From assembly GCA_016748015.1 (NCBI GenBank), contig JAAOMT010000031.1:310001-374000 (forward strand): a stretch of DNA of 64,000 bases, written 5' to 3'. Below are positions 1 to 14,786 of this stretch, piece after piece. The position numbers and the translations under genes were made by a program. The stretch is from Geosiphon pyriformis uo1 (taxonomy: Eukaryota > Fungi > Glomeromycota). The first letter of the stretch is position 1. Each line of letters opens with the position of its first letter. The notes beneath the pieces are model-generated. The model saw only the letters and a program-made list of their open reading frames with translations. It had not been told where the DNA came from and did not search any database.

Positions 1-786
1 TAGGTTTATTAATTAGCCTCACCATCATGACCCAACTTTTCCAAGAACCATTTTCTAAAACAGAACATAATATCAGAAATTTAAATAGTTTCTGGAGCTT
101 ACTTTAAATATCACCTACATATAGGGCCCGGGAAGTCCATTTAAGGCATTGAAACAAAGAGCGGTATCTTCGATAATGACTGGACCATTAACCTATTATC
201 ATTAAAAATCCCCTCTAAGTATGAAGCTTCAAGACTAAATATTAAAAATATGAACTTTTTATTGAAAAGGAATTATCAGACCTCAATGGCTGCCCTCCGG
301 CATTTATCCAAAGAGACTTCACGGGTATCTCCTTGGATTTCGGTTACTTTAGAAAATGATAAATTTATCCATTAGTTTTATATGATGGAAAGGTTTTATG
401 TGGTCAATGAAATAAAGATGCAGCTAACTTGCTTTCAAGCTTGCGATTTATCAATTCAAAAGTGGAACCTAAAATGGCATGAACCTCAGCAAGTTTGTTT
501 TTATTGCCTGTAACAAACACTGATGAACGACACCCAGTTAGAAATCTTTTCTTAGGTGAAAATAAAAGCAGCAGGGTTAACACCTAATTTTCTCAGTTCT
601 TTTGTGGTCATCGAGAAATGGTTGACTCGTAAAATTTGGGAAAACTTTTAAGCTAGCTATTTTTAGCTGTCAAAAATTAAAATCAATCTGTTCAATTACT
701 AACTTTAGCGATGATCATTTCATTGGGCTAAGCATAGATTCCGAATTTTAAACATTCTTTGGAGCCACTTGAAAATAAATTCTATC

Positions 787-2709
787 ATGTCGGCACGTCG
801 TCGCGTTTTACTTCAAGCAGTGTTTCAATGACTAGGTTTTTTAACTTCACTTTCTTACTTTAGAACTTTGAAGGGGACGAATTCAACTTGCATACCGCTC
901 CCGTTGGGGATGAAATGGGGTAGGATTGAGGACAGAATTTTGTTTGGTAGAACCTATGGGCATACTTTTCGAAAATGACTTTGCTTAATTCACTTAGAGC
1001 CGTCTCTTTATAAATTCACAGTAACGGGGGGGATTTAACTGAAGATCCTGTCCACGATCATCGCCCGCGGTTGTTGCTTATGGGCTTAAGAAGGCAAGTT
1101 TTTAGGTGAAACGACTTAATGTAAACTCGTTTATCAGTATACTTTACTTATGAACCCTTCTAATAATTTTCAGAAGTGGGAAATCGAGCATACAGAAAGT
1201 TGTTTTCCACAAAATGCCCGCAAATGAAACATTATTTCTTGAGAGCACAAGCAAAGTTGTCAGAGAGAATATCACGTATCCTTGAATGCTATCGTCAAAT
1301 GGATTGAAAATTTCATGTTCAAAGTCAACGTTAATAATAGTTTAGGTTTATATTATTTAAAATGTAATTTTCGAATTCTCTAATATTTCCTTGATAAGAT
1401 TTTTGCCCAACTAGATCATTTGTGGATTTTCAAGTTTGGGACTTTCCTGGTCAAATTGATTACTTTGACCCCGCTTTCGATTCTAATGTAATATTCGGTG
1501 AATACGGCGCGTTGATCTTTGTGATTGATGCTCAAGTGAGCCTGTGTTTTTCATTCAAATCTACTGAAGAATCTTTTTTCAAACGTTTTTTTAATCCCGA
1601 CGTAAACACACTTTTTATTCTTTGTAACCAAATAGGACGACTATATTGATGCTCTTCAAAGACTCCATCAAACAGTAACACGTGCTTGTCGCGTGAATCC
1701 AGAACTTACGTTTGAAGTATTTATTCATAAAGTCGATGCCTTATCCGATGAATACAAAATCGACACTCAACGTGATATACAACAACGGACAACAGATGAA
1801 TTAGCAGATGAAGGGTTGGAAAGCGTTCCGATCAGCTTTTATCTGACCAGTATATACGACCATTCTATTTTTGAGGCATTTAGTAAAGTTATTCAAAAGT
1901 TAATTCCCCAATTACCGACCTTGGAAACTTTGCTGAATATTTTGTGCTCGGTATTTTTGTTTTTAATTTATCTTATCTAAGTTTCCTTTGATACCTTTTA
2001 CCTTATTCTCTCCAAATATCTTGGCTTTATCTAACACTTGCAGAATTCAGGCATAGAGAAGGCATTTTTGTTTGATGTAAATTCTAAAATCTACATAGCA
2101 ACAGACAGTTCGCCTGTAGATATGCAGTCTTATGAGATATGTAGTGACATGATAGATGTGATCATCGACCTCTCGGAGATATATGGGTAATTGAAAACAT
2201 TGAATTGACTTTTTAATGAGTTGTTTCACGTTTAAATATTTTATGTAATTTTTAGGCGAACGAATACATATCGCTTAATAAATGATTTGTGTCCGAATGA
2301 TAAATCCCAAATTCCTCCAGCCATTGCAAATGGGGAAAATTCCACAAATTATGGCGTTATAACAGAAACAGCTGATGAGGCATCTTCTGTCATCAAATTG
2401 AATAATGGGATGGTTTTATGCTTAAGAGGAGTCAATAGGTGACCTTTAATATATTTGGTTTAAATATAATATTTGATAAAATTCCACATTCAATAGTAAC
2501 ATATTGAAACTTGTTCGAGCAGATTTCTCGCCCTTGTATGTCTACTGCGGGCAGATAACTACGAAAAACATGGATTGATTGAATATAATTTTCATTGTTT
2601 CAAACAAGCAATAGCTGAGGTTTTTGATTTGAAACGGCGAAACGCCGATCGTTTCAGGCAAGAACGACTCAGGATGTCAGGAAATCCTGAAGACTGCACT
2701 GGTGGATGA
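787..2709 (+). CDS. GTR2: Rag C/D family small GTPase (TORC1 amino-acid sensing), multi-exon
   Basis: Spliced exons 864-919, 1022-1093, 1174-1275, 1415-1535, 1636-1950, 2044-2186, 2256-2439, 2523-2709 give [58 protein letters not shown] and [13 protein letters not shown]. The start codon is uncertain (787 or 915). Confidence 0.95.
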
Positions 2710-2965
2710 ATGCAATGTCAATAATACAAAGAACCGAACATGAAGAATATGTAACGGCGATGTATTTAAAATCAACCTTTCTGTAAATGATTGATAAAGT
2801 CTATTTGCTTCATGGGAAGAAATCCTAACATATGAAAGGAATTGGGAATGATTAATTTAACGTAAAAATTTTTTAGTATGTTGAACTATTATTGCAGATT
2901 TTATAATGTATCCATACCTAAGTTTTAGTTTATTATTACTATATTATTATTATTATTGTTGTTTA

Positions 2966-4093
2966 TTAAGGCTGATTTATCCAACTGAATGCCTGTTTTA
3001 TTGATGTTTTTTGGAAATTGTAATATATAAATGCTTGAAGCAATGCATCCGCAAGGTCATCTTTTTTTTTCGCCTTGGTGAAACATTGTAATAAGCATTC
3101 GGGGCAGCGATCTTTGTGATCGCGCAACCAATTTTTTACTAAAAGTTTTGAGATTTTTTTCCTTTGATTATTTCCCGTGCTTTTTTTTGTTTTTTTCATC
3201 GTGACTAACGTTGGAACCTGACCATATTCAGACAACCATGCAGAAAAGTCATCAGGATCTTTCTCTTTATTTAACTCAATCCGGTTTTGAGATTCATCTG
3301 GGGGAATGAGAAACTCATTATCACTGCATTCCTCATCATTACTTTCAGCCAATTTGCAGGTATCCTCTTCATCACTCTGATCATTTTCAGTCGATTCTTT
3401 GTAATCACCCCAAAGTTGTGAATCCAAGTATCTAGCCATTTTCAGAGGTGATAGGCTTTCAATTTTGACATCCTTTTCTACTCGATCGAGTAATAGCATA
3501 TATATCGCAGTCTCAACAGTCATAACTTTTAATAGCGGCAATGAACAAAACATTCTAAACGCCTGACGTTCCATCACAAAAGCAGCCACTTTAACTTGGT
3601 GCATTTGCTTTGGCAACAGAACTGTATGTACAAATTCCCGAATAACGGGACCAAAAAGTTTATGATCAAATTTATCCATTTGAAAATCATGAGTTTTCCA
3701 GTCAATTATTCGTAAATCTTTTGTCACATGAGCATATGCCAAGTTCTTATAGCCAATGTCCAGTGATATAATACTTTCCGGGATTATTAACGAGGCTTTC
3801 GGATCTTTGACAAGGGTAGAAAGAGGGGAAGTGCACTTGGTAAGTGCTCTCGCCTTTTTCTCTTCCTCATATATGGCATAAAAGTGTTCGGCAAGACGCC
3901 TAGCGAGTTGAGACTTTGAGGCCGTTAAAAGAAGGCCACAATTAGTGACAAGATTTCTAAGTTGAGAGGCCTGAAGCTGGGTTGTCAAGCTAAAAGACAA
4001 GTAGTCGAAAAAATAGGGTTTAAAATCTAAACGTCTGGATTAAAAGAGAAAATCTGTGTTGGTGAAAAAATACCGAGTCACAAGCGACTCCAT
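2966..4093 (-). CDS. CCE1: Mitochondrial Holliday-junction resolvase, Ydc2/Cce1 type (SAP-like N-terminus plus RuvC-like domain)
   Basis: Motifs IISLDIGYKNLAY, MERQ and KKDDLADALLQA; N-terminal LRNLVTNCGLLLTASKSQLARRL is SAP-like. A short first exon (4093-4074) splices onto the long ORF. Confidence 0.85.
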
Positions 4094-5249
4094 TTGCGAA
4101 AATTGAAATTCTAGATAAGGTTAAAAAAAGTTTTCGAACAATACAACAAAATTACCAATTGAAATTTGAATCAAAAATAATATTAATTAAAAATGTATAA
4201 AAAAATTTAGACATTTTAATATTTGAAATAATAAAATTTACTAAAACTGATTATTATTATTATAATTATTTTGCTTAACAAAGAAATTGCTTTTTTTATT
4301 ATCTTGAAAATTATAAATTTATTGTGGTTTTTGATTTTATTTTTTATCTTGTCATTATTGTATTTTGTAATTTTATTTGACACATTTTTAACAATATTAA
4401 AAATATTTTTAAAAGTATTTAGTGTAAAACATTATTATTAAGTTAAAACATATTAATTTGTAATTTTATATTAGTGTTTATTTTAAAAACTTGATTTTTA
4501 ATTACTGGTTTATTTTAATAAAAAAATAATATTAAAACTTAAAAAAAAGATTATTGTCTTAAAAAACACTTTTAAAACCAAATTAATTGATATAATTGTT
4601 TAAAATTTATGATTAAATCTGTTTTATTTTTTGTTTATTAAACTTTAAATATTTTTAAGTTATATAAAACTTTATACATTATTAAAAAATATTTTTTAAT
4701 TACATTTTAAAATTATAACAATATTATTTAAAAGTTGTAATATAAAAAAAAGTTTTTTCTCATAAAAAATATTATTAAATAATTTAAAAGTTTTAATACT
4801 TAAAATAAAATATATTTAATTAAAATAAATATTTTTATTTTAAATTTATAATATTTTTAAACTACTATATTCTTAATTTTCAAACTATAAAGAAAATAAA
4901 AAATAACCAAAAAATATTTTAATACTTTTTTTTATTCAGTATTATTTTTTTAATAAATTTTGGTTTATAAAATTAAATTTAAGCATATTTACCAAAAATA
5001 TGGCCAAAAAAAATACTAATTTGGTGTAAAAAAATACAATTTTAAATAAAAGTTTAATAAATTATACAAAAAGTTAAAAAATTTGCTAATAAAATAAAAT
5101 TGATTAAAACTAATTTTATAGTATTTTTAAATAAGTTTGTGTTTTAAAATAGTAAAATAAGCAGTTTTTATGACAATATTAATAAAAAATTTAACATTAA
5201 AAAAACTTTTAATTAAGTTATATTTTAAGTAAAAATAAGGAAAAACATC

Positions 5250-8200
5250 TTTTTTTTTATATTCAAATATTTACCAAAAAGTACTAATTTTGTAAAGAAG
5301 TTTTTAATCATTCAATATGATAAATCCAAATCTTTCTTATTTGATTATAAAACCATTGTTGATTTTAGTGTGGTTATTATGAAGAAATCTGTTAAAAATT
5401 CTGGTTTTGGTAATAATAGCAAACAAATTTTTTTTAGAAAAAAAAAAGAAATGGTGTTTTAAAAAACAGTATTAATAATAAGTTAGTTTTTATTAAAGCT
5501 TTGACTGGCCACTTTTAGAGCTTTGAGACTGGTAATACTATTGAATCTAATAGTATTAATATGGAAGAAAAATATTTGATAGAGAAAACCAGTATTAATT
5601 ATAGTAAAAAACACATTTTTAATGAAAAAAATTTGAATTAAATGCCAAAAAGTTTATAAGTTAAAACCAAGAAAGCTTTGGATACATTTCTAAAAAAAAT
5701 AAACTTCTTAAGTAATAACAATAATAATAATATTTTGTTAAATGTCCTACCAAATTTTCTCTCTTTTCTGAAAAATCTGGTTCTTGTTTCTGTTAAAAAG
5801 TCTTTTGTTTTAGATATTAATTTGAATAATATTGTTAAAAAGCTTTTTCAAAAAAAAATTATGGTAATAAAAAAATTATTCTCAAAAATCAATGGTTTTA
5901 GAAGATTTTTATTCTCTTAAAATTTGTTGAGATTATTAAAGCTATATTTACTTCTGAATTAAGCTTGGCACAAATAATTATTTTGGCAAAAACTAAGAAT
6001 ATTACTGTAAATACCAATCTCAAAAAATCAACTGTGCATTTAAATTGGGCTGTAATACTAAAAAAAATTCCAATTGAAACATTGGCTAATGCTGTATATA
6101 CTGCACTATTTAAATTTGGTAAGATTAAGTCAATTAAAATATAACTGGTAGAACTGTAACAAAAAATTGTGATTGAATTTAGTTATTCAGATCAAGCCAA
6201 TTTAATTGTCACAATATAGTTTGTCTTAATTGAGAAAAATATAGTGCATATAGTCAAGGCTAATATAAACAAAAAATCATAAAATACAAAAAACAAAAAT
6301 AAGGCACTGCTTTATACATTATTAATTAGAATAAATGCTCACAATATTTGGGATTTTATTGTTTCTATGAGTAAGAAAACATGTGTTATAAATTATTATC
6401 TAGTTATATATATCCAAACTAGATATGCAATAGTCTGTTTTGATTCTACTAAATTATTAAAGACTGTTATAAAAACCATACTAGTATTAAAAGACACCAA
6501 TTTGCATTGATTATACTTGAGTTTGGTTAAATGTATCAAGTATAGGAATTCAAATTATATATTATTAGACTGTATTATAAGTAGAAAAGTGTTTTCTAGT
6601 AACTTAAATTATAGAAGCTTATTAAAAGCAAATAAAAACAAACTGATAAACATCTATGCCAAATGTTTGATACCTATTACTCAATTTGTCTTTTTTGATA
6701 GCATCTTTTGAACTAAGATAGTTAGTGAAACATTTTTCTTTTTTTTTTTTTATGCAAAATGATTTTATAGAATTTGGCTTTTTTCTGAAGGTAAAGTCTA
6801 TCTTATTTGTGTTTAATGAATTGAATATTAGATTTGCTGCTTTCAAGCACAGTCTTACTAATTTTGCAAAACAAGTTAACAAATTAGTTGAAAGATTAGA
6901 CAAACTCAGATCAATAATTTTCTAGTCTAGCCCTAGAAATTAGTCATTGATAACATCTTTATTAGAATCAAGAGACAGATACAGTAATAAGTGAGAGTTT
7001 AAGTTTGACCACTAGTAACAAGACTGTAGCAAAAGCAGCATATTTGGATTTTTCAGTAATTTATAAGTTATAAATAGTTTAAAGTGTCTTTTGGACACAA
7101 TTTTAAGTTTTTCAGCCAAAATAAACAAATTTGGTTTGGTTTTGGAACCTTTTTTATCTCAATAACCAGTCTTGTCTAGAAAATTGCTATATGTAATATT
7201 AGAGACATGAACAATTTGACAAAACAAAAAGACATTGTTAAGTAGTATAAAGAATTAAACAATTTGATTTCTATTATAATTAAGACAAAATTAAAAGAGC
7301 AAATTAAATCTTGGATTAAGAACAAATTTGTAGACTTGAAAGTGTTTGTATCTGGTTTGAACACTAATTATTTGGATTTAAAAGTGACAATAGTAATAGA
7401 CAAATTTCTTATTTGACACATATATAAAGTCTTTAAAATCTCTGGTTGTTTTCTCTTACTTAAATTGTTGCTTAACAAGAAAGTTCCAATGACTATTCTG
7501 GGTCTTTATGTGAATGCTTTTACTAAAATACAATTTGATCAAGCTGATAAGATAAATTTGTGTATTGTCAAGACAATTAACACAAATTCTTATGTAATTT
7601 TAAGAAGTGACTTCAATAAAGATGGAGTGAAGCAATATTCAAGCTTAAAAAAATGTTTTGATTTGGGTTTGTGCAATTTTATATTAAGTATTAAAATAGC
7701 TAAGCTCTTAACATAAAATAATTCAAAAAATATTAAAAAAACTATTGATTATATTTTAGTTAGTGAACATTTTTTAACAACAATAATCAAGTAAAAAATT
7801 GGTAGTATTTTTAATTTTTTTAATACTAATCATTTAATTATTGTGGTCTTATTTGATTTAAGTGGTCTTCTAGATGTAAATTTGAATACTATTCGAAAAC
7901 ATGCCAATAAAAATCAATAAAAGTTTGGTTTTAAGAATGTTGATCCATCAAAATAAATTTGATTTAAGGAATATTCATTAGTTAGAATGTCTCAATTATA
8001 TTATAAGTTTTAGAGTGCAAAGGAAAAGAGCAATTTGAATACAATATAAAATCTTGTAAAGTTGGTTGTTATTAGATTAGCAGACAAAGTATTTTTTAAG
8101 AATTGGTTTAAGGATTTTAATGATTTTTGAAACAAACAGTCTTCTAAGTACTATAAACTAGAAATTCTGGTTTTGAAAGTGGCTAAAGCCTTTACTTTTG

Positions 8201-11200
8201 GGAATGTTACTGGGTTTGATTACCTTAGACAGATTTGGTCAAGATTAGATAATAATAGTCTAAGTGGTTTGTCCTCTCTAATTAAGTGTAAAATTAAGAA
8301 TAAAAAAGTTTTTTTGTATTTGTTAAGATTAAAAAAAGATATTGGAAATCCAAGTATCAAGAATCTGAGACTAAAAAAACAATTAATATTAGAAACACAA
8401 TTAATAAAAAAATAGAAAATTTTAGTTCTAATAAGAATAACATACTTAGAAATGTTTTAGAGCAGTCATTTAAAAGATGGTTTTAGATCACTTAATAATT
8501 AGAAAGGAATTGGTTCTGGAGCCAAATAAAATGAAACAAAAAGTTAATATAATTATGAAAAATTAGATAAAAAAGCATAAGATTTCTTTAATTTTGTCTG
8601 ATTTGTAGACTTGTTAATATGTGTTTTTGGTATACATAAATAAAGACGTTTTTTCTAACATAATGAGTGCTATTAACAAAGTAAATTTGATTTTGATGAT
8701 TAATAGCTTGCCTAATAACAAAGCTGCTGGTTTATTTGGCATAACTAATAAACTTTAAAAACATTGTAACAATGTGATAATAGACTGTTTTTTGGTCTTG
8801 TTAAATACTTGTTTAACTTTTAGAAACATTTTTATTTTTTGGAAAAATGTATGAGTTTTGATGATTCTTAAGCCATATAATTGGGATGGAGTTTTAACTA
8901 ACACACAGTCTATTGTATTAATTGAAACTGCCAAAAAAATCTTGTCCAAAATTTTATTAGATTATATTTCATTTGTCTGTAGCATGTTCAATGTTTTTTA
9001 TAATAACAATTTTTCAGTCTTAAAAGACACTTCAACTCAATTCTCAATATTTGTTATTGGTTTTATTATAGAAGATGCTTTAAAAAAGAAGCAAGAGCTC
9101 TGGCTGGTTTTACAGAACATGTATAAAGCTTATAATTCAATTAGGTGGTATTATTTAAAAGTTAATTTAAAGTAAGTTAAAATATGTAACAGATTTATTG
9201 ACTTCTTTAGAAACATATATAAAAATAGAGTCAACAAAGTAATAACAGATTTTGGTCTTTTAAATAATTACAAAATGCACAATAAACTGGATCAAGATAA
9301 AATTTTCTTGCTATTTCTTTAAAGAATTTTCAATGATTTTCTACTATACAAAGTAAAGTGTTAAGAACATTTATATAGATATTAGATTAATACCAATTTT
9401 GTGGCTAAAATAGGCAGAGTAGAAGTTAATAGAAGAAAAACTTTCTTTTTTGTAGCTGATGTTTTTGTGAATAACACAATTTGAATAAGAAATGATCAGA
9501 TTTCAATGCAGTATATTTTAGACTTAGTTAATTAGTTTTTTAAGATTAATAATATTTGTATTAATAATAAAAAGATAGTTGTAATCCCCATTAATCAGAA
9601 AGTTGCATTTGTATTATTACATATTGGCAGCCAACTTATTTTTATTGCCAAGCATAAAAAATTTTACAAATATTTAAGAATTTTTTTGTTAACAGAGAAT
9701 ATATTTAAGTTAAGTTTTACCAAAACATATTTAAATATCAGATTTTTTTCAAACATAATTTTTAAGAAGACTCTATTAAATAAACAATTTTTCTACTTAG
9801 TTTTAGCAGTTTTGCAGCCTATTATTGATTACTAAATACAATTTAGTTTTGTGTTTAAAAGTGTGTGTTAAAAGTAAAATATTATAATTAAAAAAAAACT
9901 TAGATTAAAAACTAATTTGCTGAAAAATTTTTTCAGTAAAGCTTTATATTATTCATCATTGTATAGACTTAAATTATTTAAGCAGTTTTAAATTAAAAAC
10001 AAGGTGGCTTTATTAATTTGGTTTTTTAATATGACAAAAATTCTTGGTAATTTATTTGTATACTGGTTTTTGAATTTGCAGATTGCAAGCTGAGTGTCAA
10101 AAAACCTATTACAATTTCTTGTCAAGTTAAAAATTTATTCCATAAACAATTTTCTGATAAGTGTAATAAAAATTTTTTTGAATAACAATATTTTTTTGGC
10201 AAATAAGTTATCTTGTGTATTTCAATTCTCTGATTGCTTTCTTATATTAGAAATTTTGGGTAATTTATATTACTTTAATGTAATTTACTTTTTAAAACAT
10301 TTTAACATTGTCTTTAGTAATAGATTATTGAACAAACATGGCTCTGTTATGAATTAAAAGATTTTTTGTCATTAGAAAAGACTGAATTTAAAGAGTTTTG
10401 TACCAGTATGGTTTGTGAAAACTGCTAATTATATAAATAACTCTTTTGTCAATTTGTTGAATTTAGCTTTAATTTTGACAGTTTAAACTTTTATAGTTCA
10501 AGTAAATTCTTGGATGTTTAAGAGCATTTACATAAACTTTGGGCAAAGAAGATTAGCATTTACATTAATTATTCTCTATATGATTTAAGTACTGTTAATA
10601 TGGCAAGTAAAATGACAGTGTATTTTTCTGAAATTAAAATGGGTTTTAGTGTAAGAGTTTTCAGTTTGCTATTATTAATATTGTTGAAATTGCAAACTAT
10701 TGCTCTAGCTTTAAAATGTGTTTTTTTATTATGTTTAGTGATTTGACATACAGACAGCCAAGTTGTTATAGATATATATATATATTGAAGTTTATACTAC
10801 TTGTGTCTGATTTCTGAAAAAAATGCTGAATTAAAAAACATTATATGGCTAATCTAATTAGATCCAAAGACATTTTTGTTAAGTAGATAAAGATCAAAAG
10901 CTATTCAAAAAATGTTGACAATAATAAAGCTGATATTTTTGCAAGTATTACAATACAGTTTTGTATTTTTTATCTATTGGTGTACATAAAAAATTTATTT
11001 TGGCAGATGGATTGGTTATTTTAGACAATACTTAGCATTTTGTCTGTAACATATATTAGACAATTAATTGTGCTCAATAAGAAACAGATCTGAGTATAAA
11101 AATTTTATAGAACTTTTTTATTTAGACTATTAATTGATATTATATTGCTTTAATATGACACTCTGATTCTTATATGCTTTTTGGTTATATTGACAAACTT

Positions 11201-11982
11201 TCAGCAACTTTTTATACATATTTAATAAAAGTAGTCTATAGAAGATTGCTAATTGCAATTAGAAAAAAGCTTTATAATATAGAGTATTTAAATGTATTGT
11301 GTCTGTTTTGTAATAATATTAAACTATTTGATTATGTTTTTATCTGTCCAAAAACATTTTAATATACTCTAAGATCTTGTTAAATTATGTTAAATTGTGA
11401 ATTTCTTTAGTAGGATCTTATTTCTTATTGATTTTTTCAGTGTTATGTACTTTTTTATTAGAAATATTAGATATTAGCATTTATAAAATTTTGTTTAAAA
11501 GATTTGTTCTCAAGAATTGGATTAGCAAAGCTGTTTTTAAGATTGAGAATAAAAAAAATGCTATGATAATAATAGCTGATTTTATCTGATATCTAATTAA
11601 TATATATCATAATAGATTGTGAAATTTTAGATTTAAATATAAGATTGATATAAAAAAAAGTAGTTTAGTAAAAAACATAGGAATTTTGCCTAAGATATAT
11701 AGTGGCCTATTTGTATTTTTTTGTTTGAAGTGATTTATATGTTTGGAATTATTAAATTATTTGCTGTCAATTTTAGATTACATAAGGTCTCTTTGTTTTT
11801 TTTAGGTTTAAATAATAAATTGAGATTTAATATAAATGTATAGTATAGCTTTAATTGACTTAAGTGGCTGGTTATATGTAGTAAGTATATAAGTCATATT
11901 TAGTTTAATATACTTAATTTGTTTCTATATATTAAATAATAGTTGGACTGCATTCATAAAATAATAATAATAATAATAATAA
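5250..11982 (+). mobile_element. Heavily decayed full-length non-LTR retrotransposon (LINE; ORF1 plus APE-RT-RNase H ORF2)
   Basis: Fragments such as KPYNWDGVLTNTQSIVLIET, LQNMYKAYNSI and CLFCNNIKLFDYVFIC are colinear with the 52-59 kb LINE. It has a homologous 3' UTR and a (TAA)n tail at about 11960. The 5' boundary is approximate. Confidence 0.9.
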
Positions 11983-14680
11983 ATAAGAAGTTATTTAATA
12001 ATATCATTAAAAATTTTGGTTATTTTTTTAATATTGTTAATATTAAATTTATTATAAATACTGTTATTAATAAAAATTATTAAATTTATAATAAGTTATT
12101 TATTTTTAAAATAATTTTTTATACTTTAAATTATGTTTATTATTAAATTTATAATAAAATAACCAATTTTATATTAATAATTTATATAATTATTTTGTAA
12201 TAAAAATCAATTTTTTTATTGAAATTTTTAATCTTAAGCTTTTAAATAATATGCAGTTATTTTATAGTAAAAGTCAAATTTTTTTATAGAAAATTTTATT
12301 TATAAATTTTTTAATAATATAAAAAAATTACCAAAAAAAAATTAATGTTTTTTATATGATTTTTATTTAGATTTGAAACAATTAAACTATAAATTTCAAA
12401 ATATTAATTAAGATAATAAATTTTAATATCATAAAACAAGTTGGTTTTTTAAGTAAAGTTTTATTTTATTAATTTATAATATTTAAATAATTTTTTTTTA
12501 AAAAAAAAGCTTTTTTATATAATTAATTTAAATATTATTTTAAGTTTTAATATTTTTTGCTAATATTTTTACCAATTTTTTAAAAATTAAATGTATATTT
12601 TAGCAAATTACAAATTTTTGAATATTATATAAATTAAATTATATATTAAATAATAATAATAAAAATAAAATAATATATTAATTAATAATAAAAATTATAA
12701 AAATAATTTTATGTTAACTAATAACTTAATTTTTGTTTAATAATAATAGATTAAAAAAAATATTTTTAAAACAATAATATTAATTTTATATTATTAAAAA
12801 AACCAATTTAACAAATTAATTTTATCATTATTAATATAAATAAAAAAGTTATTTAGCTTTTTTACTTTTGCTTAAAACAAAAAAAAAGTTTTTTTAAAAA
12901 AAAATTATATGTTAATAAATAATTTTTTTTATTACTAATTGGTTTAAAAAAAAACTTTTACTTTTTTAAAATTTTAAAAAATTATTAAATTTATATTTAT
13001 ATTAAAATTAAGTTTAAAAAAAATTTAAAATATTAGTTAAAAGATAAATATATATTATATTATTATAAAAAAGAATATTCAAAATCTTATATTTTATATA
13101 ATTTTATATAATATGTGATTTTAGATTTTTATTAATTAATTAAAATATAAAAATATCAAAATTTTATAACTTTAAATAATACATAATTTATTAATTAATT
13201 AGAATATAAAAATTCAATCTAATTTATAATATATAAATTGAATTTTTAGTATTTTAAATTTTTTGTGTTTATCATATAACTATATTCAAATATATTACAA
13301 AATCTTTGATGTTAATTTGTAAAAGTTTTATAAATATAAAACTTATTGTATTATAATATAGTTAAGAAAACTTGTATATTAAAAAAGTTTAATAATAAAT
13401 AAAATCAAAAATACAATATTAAAAATAAAATAAATTAGGAAATAAAAAACATAAATAAAAGATATACTAAATCAGAAAATAAAAGATGTATTAAATCAGA
13501 AAATAAAAGATATATTAAATTAGACACAAATTTGTAGTTATTTTTATATAAATAAAATAATAAGTTGAGATATTTAGATTAATATATTTTTATAACAATT
13601 TCGATTACAAATTTTGTTAATATTTTTAAAATAGTTATAAAAAAGCTTTTTTAAATTTAGTTAAATAATATTAATTAAAATAAAATTTATTAAATTATAA
13701 TAAAAAGTTATAATAGAATTTATTATTTAAATATTATAAAATTAATAATATTTAAGTAATTTATTTTTGTAAATAAAAATTTAATATGTATTATTAAAAA
13801 TTAATATAAACAAAAAATTATAAAAAAAAGAAAATAAGTAATAAATATTTTTATATATTTTATTAATAAATATAATTACATATAATTTTTTTTTAATAAA
13901 AAATATTATAATTAATTATAATTTAATTATATACAATTAAATTAAATATGTTATTATTTGTTTTAACTTTAAAAAAACTTTAGAAAATGATTTTAAAATA
14001 ATTACAGTTTTTAATAATATGAATTTAAAATAAAATAAATTAGTTTTATTATTTTGTTTTTATAATTTTAATATAAAGTTTAAAAATCTATTAAAAAAAG
14101 TTTGTTTAAATTAAACAATTAGTATTTAGCTTATATATATATATATATTAAAAAACAGATTTTTATAAATTATCTTAATTTTTTGATAAAAAAACTTAAA
14201 TACAAATTATTAAAAAATTTTTGGTAAATTTATTTATATTTTTTATTAAAATTAAAATTAAAATATTAAATATATCTTGTTAATTATTTATTAAAAATTA
14301 ATATAAATTTGAATTAAACCATATGAAAAATTTTATAATTTGGTATTATTATTATTATTATATATATAATAAATTTAAAATTTTGTGAATTAAATTTTTT
14401 TATAAAAAACGAAAATTTAATTGTGTTTATTGTTTTTAATAATTTAATATTTAACTTTTTCTGTTTTTTTTTTTTAATAAACAAAAGTTATGTTAAAATT
14501 TTTGTTATTATTAATCAAAAAGTTATTTAAAAATTACCAAAATAATAAATTAAATTATTAAGCCAGAATTACCAATAATTAAAAATTAAACTAGTTTTAA
14601 TATTATTAATTATTTTGCTAATTCTATTTTTTTGGTTATTTAAATAAAAACAATAAAAATAATCAAAACTTTTTGCAATA
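11983..14680. other. Extremely AT-rich, unidentifiable sequence (probably terminally decayed repeats)
   Basis: Almost no CpG, no credible ORFs, adjacent to a decayed LINE. Confidence 0.5.
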
Positions 14681-14683
14681 GTA

Positions 14684-14684
<1 letters not shown>

Positions 14685-14730
<46 letters not shown>
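14685..14730. repeat. (AAT)n microsatellite
   Basis: Direct reading. Confidence 0.95.
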
Positions 14731-14786
14731 TAACTTTGATTTCTAGTCTAGTGAAATAAATGATTTAATTTTTGAGAAAAAATAAG

